From Candidatus Omnitrophota bacterium (GTDB taxonomy: Bacteria > Omnitrophota > Gorgyraeia > Duberdicusellales > Duberdicusellaceae): a DNA stretch of 64,000 nt. Under the pieces are notes generated by a model. It had not been told where the DNA came from. It saw only the letters and a program-made list of their open reading frames with translations, and searched no databases. Within the stretch, counting starts at the first letter, position 1, and each line of letters begins with the position of its first letter. Both the position numbers and the translations under genes were made by a program. The stretch is taken from the NCBI GenBank assembly GCA_016932855.1, contig JAFGCB010000014.1, positions 6,496 through 70,495 on the forward strand. Reading direction: 5' to 3'. Shown here piece after piece: positions 1-9,901 of the stretch.

Positions 1-865
1 CAAGCATTGCCGAAGATAAGATTAATCTTCGAAAAGTCAAATAATATATAGCTTTGCAGGCATAATGCATAGCAGTCTTTATAAGCTGAACGCCTCCCGC
101 TCCCAAGGCCCCGCCGGTTAAACAAGGATCTCCCTGCGTCGGCTCTGAAACCTCTATCGCAATAATTTCCAAGCCCGCCCTTTCTAAAATCTTTCTTATT
201 GTTTTCGGAGAAAAAGTATAAGGGTGAAAAATACTGGGCTTAAGCTTAAGCTTCCGGTTGATAACCGCCAAAATTCGTAAGAGACGTTGAAAAAATAATT
301 GAAATATTGCGTTATGCACCCGAATCCCGACAATTCCCTCAGGCTTTAAGATTCTCCTGGTTTCCTTAAGTTCCGCCAAGGGGTCATAAAAAAGAGCTAC
401 GACATCCCACAAGGTAACAACATCAAAAAAATTTTCGCTAAAACCAGCTTTTCGTAAAGTTGTCTTTTGTATATTATCAAGCTTAAACTCTTCTCTTGCA
501 TGCTCGTATGCCGAGCGGGATGGCTCAACTCCCCAAACTTGCCAGCCGTTCTCTAGTGCCAGCTTTAAAAATAGACCGTAGCCGCAACCCACGTCAAGAA
601 GTCTTCCTTTAGCCTGTAATACCTCTATTCTTTTAAGATTTCTTTCAAATAATTTTATTTTTGAATCATGCCAGACTTCTCTTCTATGCTCGGGTATAAT
701 GCCGTCAGATTCTACTTGTTTTAATGCCTCCTCTTCGGTAAGCCTTGGATTTTTGTAAACAAGGCCGCATCTTTTGCATTTAACAATCCTAAAGGGGCTG
801 CCCGGGATTAAAACCTTATATTCATTACTTTTACAAATATTACAACTGACCTGGCTTAACATCAT
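1..865 (-). CDS. Class I SAM-dependent methyltransferase with N-terminal Cys4 Zn-ribbon; 3' end runs off the window
   Basis: Minus-strand translation starts MMLSQVSCNICKSNEY..CKRCGL (CxxC..CxxC). Motif I LLDVGCGYG sits near 575-600, and post-I/II motifs LKPEGIVGIRV follow. No stop before position 1. Confidence 0.7.
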   Translation of the reverse strand, partial: MMLSQVSCNICKSNEYKVLIPGSPFRIVKCKRCGLVYKNPRLTEEEALKQVESDGIIPEHRREVWHDSKIKLFERNLKRIEVLQAKGRLLDVGCGYGLFLKLALENGWQVWGVEPSRSAYEHAREEFKLDNIQKTTLRKAGFSENFFDVVTLWDVVALFYDPLAELKETRRILKPEGIVGIRVHNAIFQLFFQRLLRILAVINRKLKLKPSIFHPYTFSPKTIRKILERAGLEIIAIEVSEPTQGDPCLTGGALGAGGVQLIKTAMHYACKAIYYLTFRRLILSSAML

Positions 866-875
866 TAATAAAAAT

Positions 876-2024
876 CTAGGGCTTTATTGCGGTCCTAATC
901 CTTTCTGCAAGCGCTCTCCAAGAAAAATATTTCTCCACCCGCTCTTTTCCGTTTTTACCCAATCTTACGGCATGCTCTTTATTTGTAAGTAACTCGTAAA
1001 TTAAATCTGATAATTTCTTAGCATCATAAGGATCAACTAATAACCCGGTCTCTTGGTCAATAACCGCATCAACTACCCCGCCTGACAAGCCGCCGATAAC
1101 AGGCTTGGCGCAGGCGTTAGCCTCCAGGTAGGCAATGCCAAAACCCTCAAACCAATGACGCCTTCCTTGCGTCTCCCTGCTTGGCATAACAAATACATCG
1201 CAAAGCGAAAAATATGGCGGCGTATCCTCATGAGCAACGTGGCCAACAAAGATTACGTTATCTTCCAGCTTTAACCTGGAAACTAGCTCTTCCAGATTCT
1301 TTCTTTCTCTGCCGTCTCCTACGATTAAGTACTTAACATCCGCCATTTTTTTCAAAAGATAAGAAAGGGCTTTAATTACTACGTCGTGGCCTTTATGATC
1401 ATCCAGGCGGGCTACGGTCAAAATGACCTTTTTACCAGTAAGTTTATATCTATCTATAATATCTCTGCAATCGGCATTAACTCCGAATTTTTCAATATCA
1501 ACGCCGCCCGGTATAACCAATAAATGTTCGGATTTAACTTGCCGGGCTTCAAGAAATCTTTTAGTAAACTCGGATATGGGAAAACATTTTACGGCCTTAT
1601 TAAATACTAGTCTTGCCAGCCATCTTAAATGCTGCTTAATAGTTCTTTTTAAAAGGGAGGTAGCATCGAATATCTCGGCGCCAAAGGCAACCACCGAATA
1701 AGAAAAACCGAATAAAAAAGAAGTAAAATATGAAATAGCGGCGCAAGGAAACCATACTATATTAAGCACATGCTGAATTCGATGTTTTCGAACTAAATAA
1801 ATAAACTTAAAGAAAAACTGAACTTCGCGCAAAAACAATATATTCGACACCCTCACAATCTTGAATTTCTGGCGAGAATCAAACTCTAAGCTTTCTTTAT
1901 GCTTTTGAGCCAAGACTATTACCTCTTCGCCCAGTTCATTCAATTGCGCTGTAATCCCGTAGGCGTATGTCGATATACCTCCGGGGATAGGAGGAAAATC
2001 AACAGTAAATATTAATATCCGCAT
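876..2024 (-). CDS. Glycosyltransferase family 4 (GT-B)
   Basis: N-terminus MRILIFTVDFPPIPGGISTYAYG. C-terminal GT4 signature EGFGIAYLEANACAKPVIGGLSGGVVDAVIDQETGLLVDP. Confidence 0.8.
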   Translation of the reverse strand: MRILIFTVDFPPIPGGISTYAYGITAQLNELGEEVIVLAQKHKESLEFDSRQKFKIVRVSNILFLREVQFFFKFIYLVRKHRIQHVLNIVWFPCAAISYFTSFLFGFSYSVVAFGAEIFDATSLLKRTIKQHLRWLARLVFNKAVKCFPISEFTKRFLEARQVKSEHLLVIPGGVDIEKFGVNADCRDIIDRYKLTGKKVILTVARLDDHKGHDVVIKALSYLLKKMADVKYLIVGDGRERKNLEELVSRLKLEDNVIFVGHVAHEDTPPYFSLCDVFVMPSRETQGRRHWFEGFGIAYLEANACAKPVIGGLSGGVVDAVIDQETGLLVDPYDAKKLSDLIYELLTNKEHAVRLGKNGKERVEKYFSWRALAERIRTAIKP

Positions 2025-2059
2025 TGGAAAAACCGGCTTTGATTAAGACCAGCAAATTT

Positions 2060-3205
2060 CTAAATCTCTTTTCCAGATTGAGCTACAAGCTCTTCGTATA
2101 AAAGCTGATATTGGGCCACCTTGTCTTTTATATTAAATTCAATATTTACAGCTAATTTCGCTTGCCGCGTTATTTTCTCGCTTCTTTCCCTGTTATCAAA
2201 AGTCTCTATTATTGCCCTGGCTAAAGCCATAGGGTCTTGTGCCGATACAAGGATGCCGGTCGTACCATTTTGTATTGTCTCCTTAACCCCTTCAATATCG
2301 GTAGCAATAATCAGAACCCCTTCTGCCATTGCCTCCAAAAGTACAATCGGCTGGCCTTCCCGGATTGAAGGCAAAACAAAAATATCCAAAGCCTGTAGAA
2401 TTTCTTTAATATCAGACCTAAAACCAGTAAAAATAACCCTTTCTTTTATACCTAGCCTCCCAGCCAAACTTTCTAATTTTCCTCTTAAAGGCCCTTCACC
2501 AACAATTAAATATCGGGTGTCGGGTATCGGGCATCGGGTATCGAGGATTTTTGCTGCTTCAATAAAGTATTTGAACCCCTTCTGCCAAACCAACCTTCCT
2601 ATCGTCCCCACAAGCCTTACATCCTCCGCAATTCCCAACTCCTTTCTAATCTTTATTCTGTTCTCTGTTCTCTGTTCTCTGTTCTCGGAACTAATTTCCA
2701 CTCCATTATAAATCCTGACAACCTTATCCGCAGGAACCTTATGGACCTTAATCAATCTATTCTTTAAAGCTTCGGATACCACAATAAATTTATCCACGAA
2801 TCTTTCGCTATAACGGTCTAAGCTCACATATAAAGCTTTTTGCAATAAATTTACATCATACCCTTCAGGCGGCATTACTATAGTATTAACTATAAAAACG
2901 CGCTTATCTCTTGCGGCCATTCGGGTAAAAAAGTCTGACCGCAAACCCTGGCTATGTACGATATCTATATTGCGCTGCTGGATTATCTGCGAAAGATAAC
3001 GGAAATTATTTAAATTATAAAGATTCTTAAGCGAAAGTGGTATTATTTTAGCCGAATCTTTTATCCTATCGGAAAATCCTCCCCCGGGATTACAGGCGAC
3101 AAAAATATCGTATTGGGATTTATCCAGAGAATTTATAATCTGGCTAAACGACCTTTCTCCTCCGCCGAAAAACACATTCTCGATAACAAACAATATTCTT
3201 ACCAT
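2060..3205 (-). CDS. Glycosyltransferase family 4 (GT-B); contains two heptanucleotide tandem-repeat tracts
   Basis: GT4 motif FVLPSIREGQPIVLLEAMAEGVLIIATDIEGVKETIQNGTTGILV. Internal repeats (ctgttct)x4 at about 2653-2680 and imperfect (atcgggN)x3-4 at about 2511-2545. Confidence 0.8.
   Translation of the reverse strand: MVRILFVIENVFFGGGERSFSQIINSLDKSQYDIFVACNPGGGFSDRIKDSAKIIPLSLKNLYNLNNFRYLSQIIQQRNIDIVHSQGLRSDFFTRMAARDKRVFIVNTIVMPPEGYDVNLLQKALYVSLDRYSERFVDKFIVVSEALKNRLIKVHKVPADKVVRIYNGVEISSENREQRTENRIKIRKELGIAEDVRLVGTIGRLVWQKGFKYFIEAAKILDTRCPIPDTRYLIVGEGPLRGKLESLAGRLGIKERVIFTGFRSDIKEILQALDIFVLPSIREGQPIVLLEAMAEGVLIIATDIEGVKETIQNGTTGILVSAQDPMALARAIIETFDNRERSEKITRQAKLAVNIEFNIKDKVAQYQLLYEELVAQSGKEI
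2511..2545. repeat. Imperfect heptanucleotide tandem repeat (atcgggN)x3-4 inside the GT4 gene
   Basis: gtcgggt atcgggc atcgggt atcgagg. Confidence 0.5.
2653..2680. repeat. Perfect heptanucleotide tandem repeat (ctgttct)x4 inside the GT4 gene
   Basis: ctttatt ctgttct ctgttct ctgttct ctgttct cgg. The unit length is not a multiple of 3. Confidence 0.8.
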
Positions 3206-3213
3206 AATTATAG

Positions 3214-3981
3214 CTAGCCTCTTCTTCCAACAAGCACCAGGGAATAGCCGAAATAATCATCAAAGATTGTCGGCACTTCAAGATACCGGGTATTTATCAT
3301 TATTCGCCATCTAAGTAAATGTAATATATAGCGCAGCAATAAAAAAAATATCGAATCTTTTATAACTGAGCTGCCTACAAGACTATATGACGAAAAACCT
3401 ATCGACTCTGCGATTTTTTTCAGCTCTTTACGGGTGAAAGGAATTTCCATAATATCGGAATATCCCAGTATATCCGATAACCACATAAAAACCCTATAGG
3501 CAAAGCAATCCTTATTAGGAACAGCCACGAAAGAAATGCCCCTTTCAGCCAGAAGGCTCTTATGTATGTCAAAAATATCAATACGTTCAGGATACGTAAA
3601 ATGCTCGGCTAATCCAAAAGACATCGATATATCGAATTTGCCGATAAGATCATCTGGGATATCAAAAATATCCGCTTTTATAAAACTGGCACTTAGGCCA
3701 AATGCTTTGAACAATTCGCCGGCCTTATCCAGGGCAACATCACTGTAATCTAAAAGACTTACCCTTGCTCCTTTTAAGGCAAATAAAAGGGCGTTTTCTC
3801 CCCGGCCTGAACCGATTTCAACAACTTTCAATCCTTCAAAGGAACCGAATCTTTCAATTACGCTCTTTTCAATCTTCCTAAAGCGCACGGAAGCCAGTTC
3901 ATTTTCGATAATCCGCTTATCAAACTTAGCGCCGGCTTTAAAATTTACCCAAAAATTATCCCAGGATTTCCGCTGATCCAT
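3214..3981 (-). CDS. Class I SAM-dependent methyltransferase
   Basis: Motif I VVEIGSGRGENALLFALKGARVSLLDYSDVALDKAGELF. Adjacent to GT genes. Confidence 0.75.
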   Translation of the reverse strand: MDQRKSWDNFWVNFKAGAKFDKRIIENELASVRFRKIEKSVIERFGSFEGLKVVEIGSGRGENALLFALKGARVSLLDYSDVALDKAGELFKAFGLSASFIKADIFDIPDDLIGKFDISMSFGLAEHFTYPERIDIFDIHKSLLAERGISFVAVPNKDCFAYRVFMWLSDILGYSDIMEIPFTRKELKKIAESIGFSSYSLVGSSVIKDSIFFLLLRYILHLLRWRIMINTRYLEVPTIFDDYFGYSLVLVGRRG

Positions 3982-4006
3982 CTAGAAATATATTTTATTT
4001 TCGATA

Positions 4007-5161
4007 TTAAATAACTTGGCGTAAACTTTCTTCAATCTGCCCTGCCCTAAGAACCCAGGTGCAATTCCTAACCACAAATTCTCTGCCTCTTCTGCCCATG
4101 TCTTTCCTCAACGTCTCGTCCCTGATTAATTTAATTATGGCCTCGGATACCTCCTTCTTATTATTGGCATCAACCGAAATCCCTGCTCCTATATCTTCCA
4201 CAAAATCACCGTAACCTTCCACATTGCTGGCTACAACCGGCTTACCGCAAGCCAGATATTCGTATAGTTTTATAGGATCGCCCGGGTCTAAACGCACTGA
4301 CTTAAAGAAAACCGCACAAACGTCAAAGGCATTAATATATAAGGCAATGTCCTTGAAAGGGACTGCTCCTGAGAAAATAAAAGCCTCATCAAGGCTCTTT
4401 GCCTTAACTTGTTGAATTAGCTTATCTTTCATTTGACCCTGGCCAACAATAACAAACTTCACATTAGGTATCTGTTCTAAGATTAAGGGCGAGCTTTCGA
4501 TTAATAAATCCAGCCCATGCCAGGGAAAAAGACCCCCTACAAAGCCGACCAAAAAATCATTCGTAGAAAAATTTAGCCTGATTTTAGCTTCTTTTACGTC
4601 GGAAGGTTTAAATAAATCTACATCAACTCCGTTTTTAACGATATCTATCTTATCGTCCTCAATCGCAAATCTTTTTACCAAATTATTTTTTAATACTTTG
4701 GTAACTACAAAAACCTTATTAGCTAACCTTAAGCACATCTTCTGAAATATACTTACCAAAAATATATAAAGTGGATTCCGGCCGGTCAAGCCTAACTCAT
4801 CTGCGGCTATGCCGTTAACATAAATAATAAGAGGTTTTTTAAATATCTTCGACAAAAACACCGGCCAGAAATCCAGATACACTTCAAAAAATAAGACTAT
4901 ATCCGGCCTAAACTTAAAGAGGTTTTTAATGAAATAAAAGGGCGAAAGAATCAAATATGAAAAATACTTAAGAACCGGCATATTTATAGTCCGTACATAC
5001 TCTGTATCAAAACCATCAAAGGATTGAAAGCTGCCCATAAAAGGTGCGCGAACCTTAATTTCATTACCGCTGCGGCTTAAAGCTTTGGCAATCTCTAAGA
5101 CCTGTCTCTTCCCCCCGCCGTATCCTGCCATGTCTTCATAACAAACAAAAAGAATCTTCAT
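4007..5161 (-). CDS. Glycosyltransferase family 4 (GT-B)
   Basis: N-terminus MKILFVCYEDMAGYGGGKRQ. C-terminus EYLACGKPVVASNVEGYGDFVEDIGAGISVD. Confidence 0.8.
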   Translation of the reverse strand: MKILFVCYEDMAGYGGGKRQVLEIAKALSRSGNEIKVRAPFMGSFQSFDGFDTEYVRTINMPVLKYFSYLILSPFYFIKNLFKFRPDIVLFFEVYLDFWPVFLSKIFKKPLIIYVNGIAADELGLTGRNPLYIFLVSIFQKMCLRLANKVFVVTKVLKNNLVKRFAIEDDKIDIVKNGVDVDLFKPSDVKEAKIRLNFSTNDFLVGFVGGLFPWHGLDLLIESSPLILEQIPNVKFVIVGQGQMKDKLIQQVKAKSLDEAFIFSGAVPFKDIALYINAFDVCAVFFKSVRLDPGDPIKLYEYLACGKPVVASNVEGYGDFVEDIGAGISVDANNKKEVSEAIIKLIRDETLRKDMGRRGREFVVRNCTWVLRAGQIEESLRQVI

Positions 5162-5168
5162 TTAAACC

Positions 5169-7115
5169 TCAATATATCTGCTTTAGGATAATGTTTTCTC
5201 TTTCTTTCCACCTGGGAAGCATATTGCTCTTGCCGTCAACGATTAATTTCTGACGAATCCTAATGACATTTAAAAAATTAAGTGCCGGTATTACATCGTA
5301 AGAAAAACCTACTTCCCGGCAATACTTCTTAAGTAAACTATCGGTCAATTTACTGCCTGCATAAGTAAGCTTGCATATCTTTGCCAAATCAGTCCCGGGA
5401 AGACCGTCCTCCTCCATACTCTTCCAGTCGATTATCTTAAACCTTATAGGCCAAATGCTTTGAATAACAAAATTATGCAAGTTAAGATCATTATGCGCAT
5501 ACACAAGTGGAATGCCGATCCACGTTTTCCTTAAAGTCTCTAAGTGCGTTCCTGCAGATTGACTTAAAGCATTATCGGATTTTTCTTCCAGAAAATCAGC
5601 AATGGGCTTTTCGGCATAATCAAAAAAAGAAAGATTATTATCTTTTCTGCTCTTTAAGCCCAGTTCAAGCAAGAAGTCAAATACCTCCGGTAAAAATCTT
5701 CTTCCTAAAAAAGTAAACATGATTAACTTCTGAACAAAATTTCGGTTATAAATCTTTAAGCTTTTGTAAAAAGGTAGTACTGAATAAGGAAATCCTCCAA
5801 TATTGCCATGAGCAATAATCTCAGGTAAAAGCTTAAGCCTGCTAAGCTGTAAAGATTTTAACTTTTCCAGATTCTCGACCTCTCTATTTAAAAAAGGCAG
5901 GCTTTCAAAGCGCGCGAACTTACAGATAAATTCGGAATTTTGTTTTCTTAAATTGACTGTAACCGAAGAGGTTAAGCTTGACCCTGTTCCGGCGACAAGA
6001 GAAGTAAAATATGCACCCTTTAGAAACGGTTCCCTATCGATAAGGCTCTCAACAATGCTTAGGAGCGGGGTTTGATTGAATCTTTTTTTTCTTAAAATAA
6101 ACATGTGCGAAATGCATAAATTTTTCTTAATACTGAAAGGTAAAAACGTTAGAGAGCAGCGATAAAGTCTTGACGCATGAAAAGACTGGGATCTTTTCCT
6201 GCTTTTGCAACGGCTGCGATAATAATCGAAGATTTCCTCGGGATAGCGGGAATCAGGCAAAGGAACCCGGACTTTATCTACAGAAAAATTAGCCTCTTTA
6301 AAAAAATCTATGTATTGTGAAACGCCCAGTAATCCGCTCAAATATTCCTTTCCTTTAAGTTTGGACACGCTGTTTATCAGCTTATCCGGAAATAAAAGCA
6401 GCCCCGGCATACCATTATTATGGTAGTTCTTGCTTATATTAAGCTCAAAAGAATATTTATTTCTGGTTGTAATATAGAAGACTCCTTTATCCTTTAATAC
6501 CCGGTATACTTCGTCTAAAAGCTTTCTTTGAATATTTTTTACATCTGGAAAACTTGCCTCAAATCCTAACCATTCAAAGACACCGTTTAGGATAACAATA
6601 TCAAACATATTGTCTTTATAAGGCAATAAGCAACCGCCGCCGCCTTGAGCCACTGATAGATTATCTACTCCATCCTCCTTTGCCCTAATATGCATAAATT
6701 GGCAATTTGCCGATACTTTCTCCAGGGCATATACCGACTTTACGGTCTTGGCAAGATTTAGAGAAATAAGACCGTGGCCTGCTCCGATGTCCAGAATCTG
6801 GGAATCCTTGGTAATAGGAAGTAAATATTTAAAATCCACCCGGCTTAAATCAGTAAGATAATCCAATAAGCCTAGCCTTCTTATCTGAACTTCAATCAAA
6901 GCCTGCGCATATCCTTTCTTCTTTGAAAGCTCAACTAATTCAGAAAGAACTTTATTAAAAGAAGAATCGCCGCTTAAAAAACGAGGCTTTTCTTTAAGAA
7001 AAACAGGTATTTCTTCCAAAATAGGATATTCTTCCTTACATTGAAGACAACGAAATAATTCCGGCTGTCTTTCCAAATCGCCTTTGCATTTAAGACAACA
7101 ATATACTTCAAACAT
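5169..7115 (-). CDS. Bifunctional methyltransferase/kinase-like protein: Zn-ribbon + SAM MTase + APH/eukaryotic-like kinase domain; WbdD-like candidate polysaccharide chain terminator
   Basis: N-terminal CxxC..CxxC. Motif I LDIGAGHGLISLNLAK. C-terminal Brenner kinase motif HNDLNLHNFVIQ ... IIDWKSM. Confidence 0.5.
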   Translation of the reverse strand: MFEVYCCLKCKGDLERQPELFRCLQCKEEYPILEEIPVFLKEKPRFLSGDSSFNKVLSELVELSKKKGYAQALIEVQIRRLGLLDYLTDLSRVDFKYLLPITKDSQILDIGAGHGLISLNLAKTVKSVYALEKVSANCQFMHIRAKEDGVDNLSVAQGGGGCLLPYKDNMFDIVILNGVFEWLGFEASFPDVKNIQRKLLDEVYRVLKDKGVFYITTRNKYSFELNISKNYHNNGMPGLLLFPDKLINSVSKLKGKEYLSGLLGVSQYIDFFKEANFSVDKVRVPLPDSRYPEEIFDYYRSRCKSRKRSQSFHASRLYRCSLTFLPFSIKKNLCISHMFILRKKRFNQTPLLSIVESLIDREPFLKGAYFTSLVAGTGSSLTSSVTVNLRKQNSEFICKFARFESLPFLNREVENLEKLKSLQLSRLKLLPEIIAHGNIGGFPYSVLPFYKSLKIYNRNFVQKLIMFTFLGRRFLPEVFDFLLELGLKSRKDNNLSFFDYAEKPIADFLEEKSDNALSQSAGTHLETLRKTWIGIPLVYAHNDLNLHNFVIQSIWPIRFKIIDWKSMEEDGLPGTDLAKICKLTYAGSKLTDSLLKKYCREVGFSYDVIPALNFLNVIRIRQKLIVDGKSNMLPRWKERENIILKQIY

Positions 7116-7127
7116 AATACTTTTAGA

Positions 7128-8693
7128 TTAAAGCAGAAGCCTTCCGATAATCGGCACTCTCTGTTTAATAAACAGCTTATCCCGGCTGTCAAAAATCCTA
7201 AAAACAAAAATAAAAACTATATAAATAATTGAAAAAACAGCGGCTTTTAGCAAAATGATGACTAGCCCTTCAAGCCGTCCGATACCACCTGAGAAAAAAT
7301 TAGAAAACAGCTTACTTAAATATAGGATGAATATATTAGCCCCCATGCTTGCCATTAGCGGCTTGCAGATAAGGATAAAAAAAGCTCCCAAGGGCTTGTT
7401 TAAATAATTATGGAATATCTTAATAAGAAATAATGCCCCGACAAAAAGAGACGCAGCCGTGCCTATGCAGGCTCCTATAATCCCCATCTTTATGATTAAG
7501 GCGATGCTTAAAATAATATTTAAGGGCGCAACCAGAATACTGTATTTCATCTCAAAATCAGGCCTGCCCAATCCTAAAGCGGTAGTAGTGGCCGTTCCGG
7601 TAAGGACATTCAGAAAATAGCCCACACAAAGAACCTGAAGAACTAAAACCGATGCGCTAAACCCCTGACCCAGCCAAGTCCTAAGTATCAATGAAGCATT
7701 AAATATCGCAAAAGAAAACAAAGGCATGCTTAAAAGAATTAAATATTTAGAACTTCTTAAATAAAACTCATATATTTCATCTCTGCTTTTTGTTGCGCCT
7801 ATTTCGGAAACAGCCGGTATAATCGCCGAAACCAATAAAAAGGCTAGTCTTCTTAAGGTAAAGGTAATCTTAAACCCTAATTCATAAAAGCTAACCGCAT
7901 TTATATTGATAAGCCGGCCAAGAAGGACTTTATCGGCATGGAAATTGACTAAAAAAGCAATCCGGGCGACATTAACCTTTAAGCTAAAGCCGAACAGCAT
8001 CTTAAAAATAGCTTTGTCGAATTTAAGAGGGCTAAAGCTTATCTGGGGCAAATTCCTTAAAGCAAATAATGCCGTAAGTATTCCTTTAATAAAGATAAGG
8101 ATTAGATTATTTATAACCAAACCTACAAGGCCGTATCCTTTTTTTAAGACAAAAACCGTTCCCGCCGCGGTTAAAAAGCTAATTACAATCAATATCTTGT
8201 TGGTAATATCCATACGCTGCAGACCGGAAAGAATAGAAGTAAAAATATCGAAAGCAACTATCAAAATAAATGAAGCTATGCCCAGACGGATAACCAGTAA
8301 GGCCTGTCTTTGTAAGCTTGGGGGTAAATCAAAAAAGCTTACGATTAATTCTGAAAAGATAAAAGCCAAAGCCCCTATTACCAAAGCAAGCAAAGCATAA
8401 AAAACAAAGCTTGTATTAATCAATTGGCTAAGCTTAAGGAAGTCTTCTTTAGCATGAAACTCCGATACATACTTGATTACCGGGGCTCTTATGCTGATAT
8501 CAAAAAAACCGAGATAAGAAATAAAAATATTAACAATTATCCATATTCCGAATCTTTCAAGACCCAAGTAATTAAGGATGTAAGGAGTAAGAACCAAGCT
8601 TAAAATTACCGAAAAAAATGCACCCATGGCGTTATAAAAAGTGTTCTTTACTACCTTCTGCGATATAGTAATATTGGCATTACCTGTATTCAT
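7128..8693 (-). CDS. wzx: Polysaccharide biosynthesis protein, MOP-superfamily oligosaccharide flippase (Wzx-like)
   Basis: 521 aa, about 12-14 predicted TM helices. Polysacc_synt-like N-terminus. Located in a GT-rich locus. Confidence 0.65.
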   Translation of the reverse strand: MNTGNANITISQKVVKNTFYNAMGAFFSVILSLVLTPYILNYLGLERFGIWIIVNIFISYLGFFDISIRAPVIKYVSEFHAKEDFLKLSQLINTSFVFYALLALVIGALAFIFSELIVSFFDLPPSLQRQALLVIRLGIASFILIVAFDIFTSILSGLQRMDITNKILIVISFLTAAGTVFVLKKGYGLVGLVINNLILIFIKGILTALFALRNLPQISFSPLKFDKAIFKMLFGFSLKVNVARIAFLVNFHADKVLLGRLININAVSFYELGFKITFTLRRLAFLLVSAIIPAVSEIGATKSRDEIYEFYLRSSKYLILLSMPLFSFAIFNASLILRTWLGQGFSASVLVLQVLCVGYFLNVLTGTATTTALGLGRPDFEMKYSILVAPLNIILSIALIIKMGIIGACIGTAASLFVGALFLIKIFHNYLNKPLGAFFILICKPLMASMGANIFILYLSKLFSNFFSGGIGRLEGLVIILLKAAVFSIIYIVFIFVFRIFDSRDKLFIKQRVPIIGRLLL

Positions 8694-8708
8694 GATAAAT
8701 ATCCTAAA

Positions 8709-9875
8709 TCACACTGGACTTTTATTGTTTAGAACCTCCTTACATACCCGGACTGTCATTTTTGCCAATATATCCCAGCTGTAATTATTAACAACAAATT
8801 CCCGGCCGTTCTTTCCCAATGTATCTCTTTTTTCTTTATCCGGCAAAAGATCTATTATGGCCTGCGAAAGAGCTTGGGGATTCTCGGGAGGGACTAAAAT
8901 CCCGCCTTTACTATTTGCAATCAATGAGTGGCTGCATTCAACATCGCTTGCCACTACAGGACGGCCGCTTGCAAAATAATCAAATATCTTAACCGGAGAG
9001 GCAGAGCCTCTTGATTTCAAAAAAGGCGCAACGCAGACATCCATGGCACTTATAAACGAAGGCATTTCATAGTAGGAAATATGCCCGGTAAAGATAAAGC
9101 TCTCCGATAAGCCTAAGTAGCGTACTTCTTTATCCAAATAACCGCGGACAGGCCCGTCGCCGACAATCAAAAATATTGCCTTACTAAATTTACCTAATAT
9201 AGCCGGCGCTGCCCGGACTAAAACTTCTATTCCCTGATGCTCGTAAAGAGTCCCTATAAAACCGACATAATATATATCCGGCTTTAGACCTAATTTATTA
9301 CGGGCCTCTTCGGCCTCAATCGGCCGGAATAAAGAAATATTAGATCCGCTGGTAATAACCGCGATCTTTGACGTGGGGACTTTTTGAAGTAGCTTAAGTG
9401 TCTCTTTTAATTCATAGGTAAGAGATACTATCTTGTCACAAAGAGCAAGATTAAATCTCTCCTTTGTCTTACTTATAAAATCTTTTATCCTGTTTGTGGT
9501 CTTATAAACGCAAGAAGCATGATGCACCTCTAAAACCAAAGCCGCGCCGAAGCACTTGGCTAAAACCTTCGATAGAAAGGTATCCATTTGCCGCAAGTAT
9601 ACTATGTCGGGCCTAAGTCTTAAAGCGTAAAAAACCGACATAAAAAATGATATTAAATAAAAAGACATGTAGTGGCAGAATTTAATTCTCAAAAAAGGCA
9701 CCTCTACTATCTTAAAACTTACTTTTGCATAAGAATTGCGATATTTGGGAACGAATACAACGACTTTGTTGCCGAGACTACAAAGGCCTTCTGATATCTC
9801 CCAGACTCTTACCAGGCCTATCTCTTTTACATCAATATAATTCTGAGGCCAATAAGCAAAAACAAAAATATTCAT
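8709..9875 (-). CDS. Glycosyltransferase family 4 (GT-B)
   Basis: FASGRPVVASDVECSHSLIANSKGGILVPPENPQALSQAI. GT4 C-terminal domain. Confidence 0.8.
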   Translation of the reverse strand: MNIFVFAYWPQNYIDVKEIGLVRVWEISEGLCSLGNKVVVFVPKYRNSYAKVSFKIVEVPFLRIKFCHYMSFYLISFFMSVFYALRLRPDIVYLRQMDTFLSKVLAKCFGAALVLEVHHASCVYKTTNRIKDFISKTKERFNLALCDKIVSLTYELKETLKLLQKVPTSKIAVITSGSNISLFRPIEAEEARNKLGLKPDIYYVGFIGTLYEHQGIEVLVRAAPAILGKFSKAIFLIVGDGPVRGYLDKEVRYLGLSESFIFTGHISYYEMPSFISAMDVCVAPFLKSRGSASPVKIFDYFASGRPVVASDVECSHSLIANSKGGILVPPENPQALSQAIIDLLPDKEKRDTLGKNGREFVVNNYSWDILAKMTVRVCKEVLNNKSPV

Positions 9876-9901
9876 AGCTATTTATCTTCTAACGGCTAAG
9901 G

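Noticed and set aside
774-992. Plus-strand 72-aa ORF spanning the junction of two minus-strand genes
   Set aside because: It overlaps the start of the methyltransferase and the end of the GT4 gene on the opposite strand. No RBS. Likely spurious.
1423-2711. Plus-strand ORFs 1423-1701 and 2121-2711 inside the GT4 genes
   Set aside because: Both are fully nested antisense to long minus-strand genes with clear GT4 motifs. Low-complexity translations. Shadow ORFs.
6974-7207. 77-aa minus-strand ORF overlapping the ends of two genes
   Set aside because: It overlaps the start of the MTase-kinase gene and the end of the flippase gene in another frame. No independent support.
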